From: Prorocentrum cordatum
Lineage: Eukaryota
Direction: 5' to 3'
Assembly: GCA_963575745.1 (NCBI GenBank)
Contig: CAUYUJ010000194.1
Location: 1 to 64,000, forward strand
DNA: 64,000 nucleotides
A program made the translations under genes and the position numbers. Below, in pieces: positions 49,483-60,700 of the stretch (position 1 is its first letter; each line of letters begins with the position of its first letter). Under the pieces are notes generated by a model. The model was not told where the DNA came from and made no database searches. It was given only the letters and a program-made list of their open reading frames with translations.

Positions 49483-51798
49483 TTTTGCGTCTTTTGCGAA
49501 GGCCGGTTCGAGCTCCCATGGGAGCAGGCCTAAACACAAAGAACCTAAGCAGCAAAGCTGCAAAGATTAAGTACAAGTGCACAAACAGCGAAGCTGTACA
49601 GTATACAATACACGAGAATGCAACTCAAAAATTGACGGAAGTAAAGCAGTGCGAGACCATGCAGTAACCACATATAGCGATTACCGTCTCAGCACCACTG
49701 AAAATAAAAACAGTGAGTGACCATACAGTAACCACTGGTTTATACAGCGATTACCGTCTCAACACCACTGAGACAAACACAAAACTAACAACTAGAATGA
49801 CGAGTACACTCCAGTCCTCTTTGAGGCAACCGTAGTGTCGACAGATCAAAGGCCTACTTTGAGGCACCACGTGACAAATCACGGAAAGTCACGTTCAAAG
49901 GTCAATGAGCACTCAAATCAAGGAAGCAACGAATGCACTCAATCAATGAAGAAAGGCAACGCAATGACAAATCAAGCGTGCAGGATCAATCGCATGTGCA
50001 TCATCTGTGCCGTTTCCGATGCTTCTTGCCGCTCCGCGTCAATGCACTCCTGGAAGTAAAACTCTGAGGACCCCCTTGTTGCGAATCATCCTCCTCGGAG
50101 CTTTCAATTCCCAAATGCAGCCTGTATGCATTAAGAGCCTCAGTCCTACGCTGAAGCTCCTGTGTCGGGAGTCGGTGTAGCTCAAGCCAAAGAGCCCTCA
50201 TATCGACACCGGCAAGAGCCCAGTCCCTGGCAGCTTGGCACTCAGAGCGTGTCTCACTCGGTCGATCTGCAGAACTCCCATTCATGGAACTCCCTACTGC
50301 ATCAGCTGAACTCCCAACTGCAGAACTCCCAGCTGTTGAACTCCCAACTGCATCCTCAACTGCATCAGCGGAACTCCGAACTGTGGAACTTCCTGCTGAA
50401 CTCCCAAGTGTTGAACTCCCGACTGCACTGGAACTCCCGACTGCATCAACTGTACTCAAAACTGCGGTACTCTCCACCGCACTCCCGTTGGTCGCATGCA
50501 ATTCTGAAGTGCGCAACTTTGTACTCTCGATAGTCTCCGTTCGTTTGAAACAATATCTCTTCATTCTGAGAGAAGCATCACCCCGATCAACGTGCACTCG
50601 ATGACACTCCTCCTTCTCCCCCTCACCAACATGAACAAAATCCTCCTCAGCCACCTCCTCCTGCTCCAGCTTAGTAACTGCTTCACTATGAGCATTATCA
50701 TCCTCCTCGTCCTTGCAGCCAGGGTTCGATGCCACAGCATCAGCTGAACTCCAAACCGCGGTACTCCCAACTGCAGAACTCCCAGCTGTTGAACTCCCAA
50801 CTGCATCCACAACTGCATCAGCGGAACTCCGAACTGTGGAACTTCATACTGCACTCCGAACAGTGGAACTCCCGACTGCACAGGAACTCCCAACTGCAGA
50901 AGCATCACCCTGATCAGCGCGCACTCGATGACACTCCTCCTTCTCCTCCTCACCAACAAAGAGAACACAAAGATCAGTCTGAGTCCCACACTCAATGTGA
51001 ACACAGGGATCTGTCTGAGTCCCACAATCGGAACACTGCGAACGCAAAGAGTTGCCAGCCAATTCAACTGCATCCATATCAGTCTGTGTTCCACAAGTGT
51101 CCTCAACCCACTCCTCTTCCTCAGAATCGTCCGAGCAGAAATTCCGATAATATCTGGGCGCGAAAATGCCCGCGCGAACAAGGCACGACGGATCTGGCCC
51201 CCGAGCCGTGGACCACAAACGATACCTGACACGTTTCGCCCGCAAACGGCGCAACTTCGATTGAGAAACTTTGACACCATGCCCATACAGCTGGTCTCGC
51301 TCATGCATGCGAGACTCACCTCCGTACGAAGGGCGAACACGGCAATATAGATCACTAACACACACTTCGACCGTAGACAAACGAGCAGACAAACAAGCGA
51401 GAGACTCGGAAGTAAACAACGCCGTATCTGTCCAATCTGAAGCAAGAAAATCCGCGCCTGACAATTCAGATGAAACAAACTCCATATATAAAAACGTGGA
51501 CTCGCTCTACAAGAAGGCAAATCACAAGCAATAACTAGATGGACAGTTGAGATAACCAAGGAGAATGCTGTTCCAACGATACTCCGACAATCTCAACAAT
51601 TATATGCACTCCGACGACAATCAATAAGAGGCCGTCGACAAGCAATAAGAGTGTACGGTACTCAGGCAAAAGAGACACTGAAGCACCGTGTACGGTAAAG
51701 AGAACCAAACGCCAGGCACGGCACGATGCCGCTCGAGGAGGCATCCGACAGGCCAGGTCGCCGCTGAGATCCCGAGGAGGGACAGCAGCAACCTGGTC
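49483..51798 (-). mobile_element. Inserted element, copy 2 (ORF-bearing), in tandem with copy 1
   Basis: Bounded by CAACCTGGTC at 49473-49482 and 51789-51798, after which the host hairpin resumes (ACCGCCGGGAACCTCGTAGAGCTC). Confidence 0.75.
50001..51485 (-). pseudogene. ~494-codon cargo ORF of unknown function with one premature stop; AVGSS repeats, three CGTQTD motifs and a basic C-terminus
   Basis: ORFs 50844-51485 and 50001-50810 are in the same frame. They are separated by TGA at 50844-50846, where sibling repeats have GGA (Gly). Confidence 0.55.
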
Positions 51799-54700
51799 AC
51801 CGCCGGGAACCTCGTAGAGCTCCTTTCACACGTGAGAGTGCTCAGAATCAAAAGACAGAGCTTCTGGAAGCATTTCTCGAAAAAGGCAATATTGATTTTT
51901 TTCATGTCGAAATAAAGTTGGTTCCGCCAAGTGTTTTGATAGTAAAAGTGCGCCTACGGAGCTCATATAGTCTTTCACGGGTGCGAAAAATCTGGTTTCT
52001 CAAAATGGATGGTTGAATATCTTTGAAATCTTAGCAAAACCGACCCAAAGTCACCACTTTGTCCTTTCTGGTCGGGTCGACCAACTGGGAACCGGCGGTA
52101 AACCGTCAACCAGGTTACCGCCGGGGCCCTCGTAGAGCTCTTTTCTCACACGGCGCTCATCGGTAGACATGAAGAAAGCGTCTGGAGCAAGACCTGAAAA
52201 ACTCGAAAAATCACGTTTTTCTGTTTTTATCCAACGTCGGTCCCCCAAATGTTTTGATAGTAATACTGCAGCTACGGACCTGAGATTTTCACTGGAAGAC
52301 GCGGCACAACCCACTACAGGTGCGAAAAATCTGGTTTCTCAAAATCAATTGTCAAATATCTTTCAAATCTTCGCAAAACCGACCCGAAGTTACCACATCT
52401 TGTTTTCTGGTCGGTCGACCAACTAGCTCCACCCCGCGCCGGAATTCCTCTAGCTCATCGATAACGAAGAGCTCTACGAGGGACTAGCTCCACCCCGCGC
52501 CGGAATTCCTCTAGCTCACCTGGTAGCGTCCACTGGGCGCCGGCGGTAAACCGTCAACCTTTCTTACCGCCGGGAGACTCGTAGAGCTTCCTTTCCATAT
52601 ATGATGTCCAAAGAAGTAGCAGGGGGCGAATATTTTTTCAGTCCGAGCGCTGATAGCAGACTGATCTCAGGCGTCTAGATACTACTGCCGCTGATAATTC
52701 CCTTCCAATTGTTGTGCTGAACAGATCCAGCCAAGCGGCGCCTCATGATTTCCATATCATTTATGTGCCAAAGAGCTCTCAAGTTAGGTGAAGAAATTCA
52801 CCGTCATTTCGAAGAAAAATCTGTCCAATACGGAAAATTTTGCGACCTAGCTCGAGTCGCAGACTGAGTTCAGAGCTCTGGATGCTTCAGACGAACGCGC
52901 ATGCGATTCTGAATCGATTATGTGTGCGTACAAGCTCTGTAGCTATGCTAAAGCTCGAGTTAAGTACAGAACACCGACAGCGCCTGTTTAGAGACCTCGA
53001 AGAATACAAATGGTTTCGCGGACCTGGCTCGAGTAGCAGACCGAGTTCAGACCTCTGCATGCGACAGACAAGCGCACCTGATGATTCTGAATCGGCGTTT
53101 GTGAGTACCAGCTCTAAAGCGTTTCTAGAGCCCGAGTTAAGTACGACAGCACCTGTCAAGATGACTCGAAGAATACGAATAGCTTCGCGGACCTAGCTCG
53201 AGTAGCAGACCGAGTTCAGACCTCTAGATGTGACTGCAGAACGCGCCCGATGATTCTGAATCGATTACGTGGGCGCATCAGCCCTGTAGCTCTCCTACAG
53301 CTCGAGTTAAGCAGCGAAAATCGACAGCATCCGCCTACAGAAATTCGTAGAATACGAATAATTTCGCGACCTAGCTCGAGTAGTAGACCGAGTTCAGACT
53401 CTAGATGCTAGAGACAGACGCGCCTGATGTTTATAAATCGGTTTCTGTGAACACCAGCTCTGTAGCTCTCCTACAGCCCGAGTGAAGTACAGAAAACCGA
53501 CAGTACCTGTCAAGATGACTCGAATGATCAAACAGTTTCGCAGATCTAGCTCGAGTAGCAGACCGAGTTCAGACCTCTAGATCCAACTGACGAACTCGCC
53601 TGATGATTCTGAATCGGTTTCTGTAAGTATCAGCTCTGTGGCTGCTCTACAGCTCGAGTTAAGTACAAAAAACCGTCAACGCGTATCAAGATGACTCGAA
53701 ACGGCCGATCCCGCCGCAACGCTTTTTGGCAGTAAAAGGTACCCGATCGAGCTGAGATCAAGATAGCGAGCGGGAACAAGATCGAATATAGTGCGAAAAA
53801 TACTAGAGCTCAAACGAATTGTTGACTTTCGAGAACAAAATTTTCAACCGACCAAATCAGCAAAAGGTCCGTCGAGATGTTTCTGGCCAGCTAGCTCCCC
53901 AGCGCCCCGGAATTACTGGGCGCCGGCGGTAAACCGTCAGCCTTTCTTACCGCCGGGGGACTCGTAGAGCTTCCTTGCCATATATTTATCCAAAGAATTG
54001 GCAGAGAACGAATAGTTTTTCAGCCTCCGCTGATAGCAGACTCGAATACAACACTCAGTTCAGAACTCTAGATGCAACAGACGCACGCGCCTGATTATGC
54101 TGAATCGATTGATGTGCGTACGAGCTCTGTGGCCTTCCACATTTCGAGTTAAGTACAGAAAAACGACAGCATCTGCCAAGATGACTCAAATAATGCGAAT
54201 AGGTTCACGGACCTAGCTCGAGTAGCAGACCGAGTTCAGACCTCTAAATGCCATAGATGAACGCGCCTGGTGATCTCGAATGGGTTCTGTGAGTATCAGT
54301 TCTGTAGGTGTCCCACAGCTCGAGTTAAGTCCAGAAAGCCGACAGCATCTGTCAAGATGACTCGAATAATACGAATAGGTTCGTGGACATAGCTCGGGTA
54401 GCAGACCGAGTTCAGACCTCTAGATGCAACGAATGAACGCGCCTGATGATTCAGGATCAGTTTCTGTTAATATGAGCTCTGTAGGTGTCCTACAGCTCGA
54501 GTTAAGTACAGAAAACCGACAGCATCTGTCAAGATGACTCGAATAATATGAATAGCTTCGCGGACATAGCTCGGGTAGAAGACCGAGTTCAGACCTCTAG
54601 ATGCGACAGATGAACGCGCCTGATGATTCTGGATCGGTTTCTGATAATAAGAGCTCTGTAAGTGTCCTACAGTTCGAGTTCGTACAGAAAACCGACAGCA

Positions 54701-57700
54701 CCTGTCAAGATGATTCGAATACTACGCATAGTTTCGCACGACCTAGCTCGGGTAGCAGACTGAGTTCAGACCTCTAGATGCAACAGACAAACGCGCCTGA
54801 TAATTCTAAGAGGGTTTCTCTGAATATCAGCTCTGTAGCTGTCCTATAGCTCGAGTGATGTTCAGAAAACCGCCACCGCGTGTCAAGATGACCCGAAACG
54901 GCCGATCCCGCCGCAGTGCTTTTTGACAGTAGTATCTACCCGATCGTGCTGAGATTGAGACGGCGAGCGGGAATGAGATCGGATATCACGGGAAAAAATA
55001 CTAGAGCTTAAACGAGTGTTGAAATTCGAGAACAAAAATTTCAACCGACCGAAAATCAAAAAAAAGTCCGTCGAGCTTTTTTCTGGCCAACTAGCTCTCC
55101 AGCGCCCGGAATTACTCTTAAGCTTCCAGCAACTAGCTAAGGGAAGCTCTACGAATACTCGAATACTACGAACAGCTTCGCAGACATAGCTCGGGTAGCA
55201 GACCGAGTTCAGACCTCTAGATGCAACAGACGAACGCGCCTGATGATTCTAGGAGGTTTGTTTTGTTAATATCAGCTCTGTCGCTGTCCTATAGCTCGAG
55301 TTATGTTCAGAAAACCGCCACCGCGTGTCAAGATGACCCGAAACGGCCCATCCCGCCGCAGTGCTTTTTGGCAGTAATATCTACCCGATCGATCTGACAT
55401 TAAGACGGCGAGCGGGAATAAGATCGAATATCACGGAAAAAAATACTAGAGCTCAAACGATTTGTTGAATTTCGAGAACAACTATCAGAAAGCGTTGCGG
55501 CGGGATCGGCCCTTTCGATTCATCTTAAGACGCGCTGTCGGTTTTTTGTACTCAATTCGAGCTGTAGGACAGCTAAAGAGCTGATACTGACAGAAACCGA
55601 TTCATAATCATCAGGCGCGTTCGTCTGTTGCATCCAGAGGTCTGAACTCGGTCTGTTGCCCGAGTCATTGCTCGATTCATCTTGAAACGTGCTGTCGGTT
55701 TTCTGTACTTAACTAGGGCTGTAGGGAGGCTACAGGGCTGGTAATTACATACACCGATTCGGAGGCATTAGGCGCGTCCGCCTGTCGCATGCAGAGATTT
55801 AAAATCGGTCTACTACTCGAGCCAGGTCAGCAACACTATTCGCATCGCTCGGGTCCACAGGGACTGTCGGTTTTCATACTGGATCGTCTCATGTGCATAC
55901 CAGCTTTGTAACTCTTCTAAATCTTCAATTGAGTAAGGAAGACTGAGAAAACTTGTCAAAATGACTAAGAAGAATAAAGAATAGACGAACGCGCCTAAAT
56001 CTCGAGTTAAGTACTCAAACCGTTCAACGATATTCGCAAAACCACCCAACAGTTTCTCCCTTCTGCATTCGATAGATGCCGAAGAGCTCAACGTGGTTCT
56101 GGCTGGCGCCGGCGGTGCACCGTCAACCTGGTCACCGCCGCGTAAGATTACTCAGAATCGAAAGAGACAGCTTCTGGAAGCATTTATACAATTCATATTT
56201 TTTCATGTCCACGTGAAGTTGGTTCCGCCAAGTGTTTTGTAAAAGTGTGCCTACACAGCTCATATTATGAAGCAGAGGCTCTCACTGTCATCTACAGATG
56301 CGAAATATATGTTTTTCTCAAATGAATTGTGAAACATCTTTCCAATCTTTGGAAAACCGACCTAAAGTTGACACATTATCTCTTCTTGTTGGGTCGACCA
56401 GCCCGCACCGGAATTTCTCTAGCTCATCGATAAAGAAGAGCTCTAAGAGCTAGAAGCGTCGGCTTGGTAGCATCTACTTGGTAGCCACTGGACCCCGCGG
56501 TAAACCGTTAATCTGGTCGCCGCCGAGAACTCCGCAGAGCTCCTCCGACGCGTGAAGTGCTGAGAGTCGAAGGAGAGAGCTCCTCGAGCCATTTCTCGGA
56601 AAATTGAATTCATTTGTTGATTAAAGTTGGTTCCGCCAAGTCTTCTGTTGTAAATTTATGCCTAAGACACAGAAACTCTCATAGTCGTGTACAGGTGTGA
56701 AAAATATCGTTTCTCAAAATACATGGTGAAGTATCTCTGAGATCTTAGCAAAACCGACCACTCGGTAGCGTCCACTCGGAACCGGCGGTGCACCGTCAAC
56801 CAGATTACCGCCGGGGCCCTCGTAGAGCTCTTTTCTCACACTGCGCTCCTCCGTCAGCATGAAGAAAGCGTCTAGAGGAACACCGAAAACTCGAAAAATC
56901 ACGTTTTTCTGTCTTTATGCAACGCCGGTTCCTCCAAGTGTATACTGCAGTTACGTACCTGAGCATTTAACTGGCAGACGCATAACCCACTACAGGTGCA
57001 ACACATCTTTTTTCTCACAATGAATGGTCAAATGTCTTTTAAATGTTCGCAAAACCACCCAAAGATTACCCCTGTGTCCTTTCTGGCCGGGTCGACCAAG
57101 TAGCTCCACCCCGCGCCGAAATTCCTCTAGCTTATCGACAACGAAGAGCTCTACGAGGTACTGACGCCGGCAGTGAACCCTAAACCTGGTCACCGCCGGG
57201 AACCTCGAAGAGCTCCTTTCACGCGGGAGAGTGCTCAAAGTCGAAAGAGAGAGCCTCTCGAAGCTCGAAAAAGAGAAACATTGATTTTTTCGTGTCCCAG
57301 ACTGGGAACTGGCGGTAAACCGTCAACCAGGTTACCGCCGGGACCCTCGTAAAGCTCTTTTCTGATGAAGAAAGCTTCTGGGGCGAGGCCCGAAATAATA
57401 GAAAAAGTACGTTTTTCGATGTTTATCTGTCGTCAGTTGCTCCAAGTGTTTTGGTAGTCATACTGTACCTACGGGCCTAGAAATTTTACAGGTGCACGCG
57501 TCAAAGCCCATTATAAGTGCGAAAAATCTGTTTTTCTCTGAATGAATTGTCAAATATCTTTCAAATCTTCGCAAAACCGACCCAACTTTGTCTCTTAAGG
57601 CCGGGTCGACCAACTGGCGCCGGCGGTGAACCGTCAACCTGGTCACCGCCGGGAACCTCGTAGAGCTCCTTTCACACGTAAGAGAAAAAATCGAAAAATT

Positions 57701-60700
57701 ACGTTTTTCTGATTTCACCCAACGTTGGTTCCCCCACTGGGCGCCGGCGGTAAACCGTCAACCTTCCTTACCGCCGGGGGACTCGTAGAGCTTCCTGAGC
57801 ATATATAATGTCGAAAAAATTGCAGAGAACGAATATTTTTTCATCCTCAACGATTCCAGACCTCTGGATGCAACAGCCAAACGCCCCTCATGCTCGTGGA
57901 TTGTTCTGTGCGCACGAGCTCCGTAGCTCTCCTACAGCCCGAGTTACGTGAAAATCGACAGCACCTCTGAAGATCACTCGAACAATACAAATAGTTTCGC
58001 GAATCTAGCTCGAGTATCAGACCGAGTTCAAACATCTGAATGCAACAGGCGGATGCGCCTGATGTCTCCGAATCGATTCCTGTGATTGCCAGCCCTGCAG
58101 CCCCCTTACAGCCCGAGTTAAGTGCAGAAAACCGAGAGCACCTCTGAAGACGACTCGAACAATATGAATAGCTTCGCAGACCTAGCTCGGGCAGCAGGCC
58201 GAGTTCAGGGCTCTGAATGCGACAGATGGACGCGACTGATGTCTCCGAATCGATTTCAGTGATTACAAGCCCTGCAGCCCCCTTACAGCTCGAGTTAAGT
58301 GCAGAAAACGGACAGCATCTCTCAAGATGACTCGACAAATACGAATAGTTTTGCGAGACTAGCTCGGGCAGCACAGCGAGTTCCGAGCTCTGGATTCGGC
58401 AGGCCGACACGCCTGATGTCTCTGAACCGATTCATGTGACTACGAGCCCTGTAGTCCCCCTACAGCCCGAGTTAAGTGCAGAAAACTGTCAGCAGCTCTC
58501 AATGTGACTCCAACAACACGAATAGTTTCGCGAACCTAGCTCGGGCAGCAGAAGGAATTCAGACCTCTAGATGGAACATACGAACGCGGCTGATGATTCG
58601 CCATCGATTGCTGTGAGAATGAGCTCTGGTGCTGCCCAAGTACAACATACCGACAACACGTATCAAGATGACTCGAAACAGCCGATCCCGCCGCGATGCT
58701 TTTTTGCAGAAATATTTAACCGATCGAGCTGAGATTAAGATGGCGAGCGGGAATAAGATCGAATTTTGCAGAAAAAAAACTAGAGCTCTAACGAATTGTT
58801 GAATTTTGAGAGCAAAATTTTCAACCGAGCAAAAGTCAGCAAAAGGTCCGTCGAGAGTTTTCTTGCCAACTAGCTCTCCAGCGCGCCGGAATTACTCTTA
58901 AGCTTCCAGCAACTAGCAAAGGGAAGCTCTACGAGTTAAGTGTTTTGATAGTAATACTGTACCCACGGACCTGAAAAATTACTGCGAGTGCGGCCGTTAA
59001 CAGGTGCGAAAAATCTGCTTTCTCAAAATGAATTGTCAAATATCTTTCAAAAAATTGCGAAACCACCCAAAGTTTACCACTTTGTCCTTTCTGGCCGGGT
59101 CGACCAACTAGCTCCACCCCGCGCCGGAATTCCTTTAACTCATTGATGCCAAGGAGCTTTACGAGGTACTACCTCCAGCCCGCGCCAGAATTCTTCTGGC
59201 TGGTCGATGCCGAAGAGCTCTGCGAGGTACTCGCTTCCATGCATGCTTGCACGCGTGCAAGCACACTGGAGACGGCGGCGAACCGTCAACCTGGCTACCG
59301 CTGGAACCTCGTAGAGCTCTTTTCTTGCACGGCGATCGTCGGAACACGGAGAGAAAGCTTCTGGAGCGAGAAAGAAAAAACTCAAAAAAAACACGTTGTT
59401 CTGCTTTTACTCAACGTCGGTTCCCCCAAGTCTTTTGAAAGCAACACTGCACCTACAGACCTGAAAATGTTACTGGCAGACGCGGCAAAACCCACTACAG
59501 GTGCGAAAAATCTCGTTTCTCAAAATGAATTGTCAAACATGGTATCATCCGAAACCCGGAGAGCAAAGATAACACGCAACAGAAACTGGGCGCCCGTCAA
59601 CCTTTCTTACCGCTGGGGGACTCGGAGAGCTTCCTGACAATATATAATGTGGGAAAACATGCAGAGAACGAATAGTTTTTCAGCCCAAGTGATTTCAGAC
59701 CTCTCGATGCAACAGGGGAACGCCCCCGATGCTTCTCGATTGTCTTCTTCGCGAGCTCTGTAGCTCTCCTACAGCCCGAGTTACGTGCGTGAATCGACAG
59801 CACCTCTAAAGATGAGTCTAATAAAACCAATAGTTTGAGAACCCAGCTCGAGTATCAAACCGAGTTCAGATCTCTCAATGCGACAGGCGGACGCGTCTGA
59901 TGTCTGCGAGTCGACTCCTGAAATTACCAGCCCTGCAGCCCCCCTACAGCCCGAGTTAAGCGCAGAAAATCGACAGCACCTCTCAGGATGACTCGAACAA
60001 TAGAATAGTTTCGCGGACCTTGTTTGGGCACTCGAACAATAGAATAGTTTCGCGGACCTTGTTTGGCCAGCAGACCGAGTTCCGAGCTTTTGATTCGACA
60101 GGCGCACGCGCCTGACGTCTTCAAATCGATTCCTATGACCACACTGTAGCCCCCCAGCCCGAGTTGAGCAGAAAACCGAGAGCACTTCTCAAGATGACTC
60201 GAACAAGACGAATAGTTTCGCGAGTCTGGATCGGGCAGCAGACCGAGTTGAGAGCTCTGGATTCAACAGACAAATGCGACTGATGATTCTGAATCGCTTT
60301 CTGTAAGTATCGGCTCTGTAGATGTTCTATAGCTCGAGTTAGTACAGAAAACCGAGAGCTTGTGTTAAGATGACTCGAATAATACGGATAGGTTTGCGCA
60401 CATAGCTCAGACCTCTAGATTCAACAGGCGAACGCGTCTGTGGATTCTGGTTCGATTAGCTGTGCTAACCAGCTCTGTAGCTGTCCTCAAGCTCGAGTTA
60501 TGTTCAGAAAACCGTCATCGCGTGTCAAGATGACTTAAAACGGCCGATCCCGCCTGCCTGCTTTTTGGCATAAAAGGTAACCGATCGAGGTGAGATCAAG
60601 ATGGCGAGCGGGGGAACAATACTAGAGCACACACGAATTATTGAATTTCAAGAACAAAACTGGGCGCCGGCGGTAAACCGTCAACCTTTCTTACCGCCGG

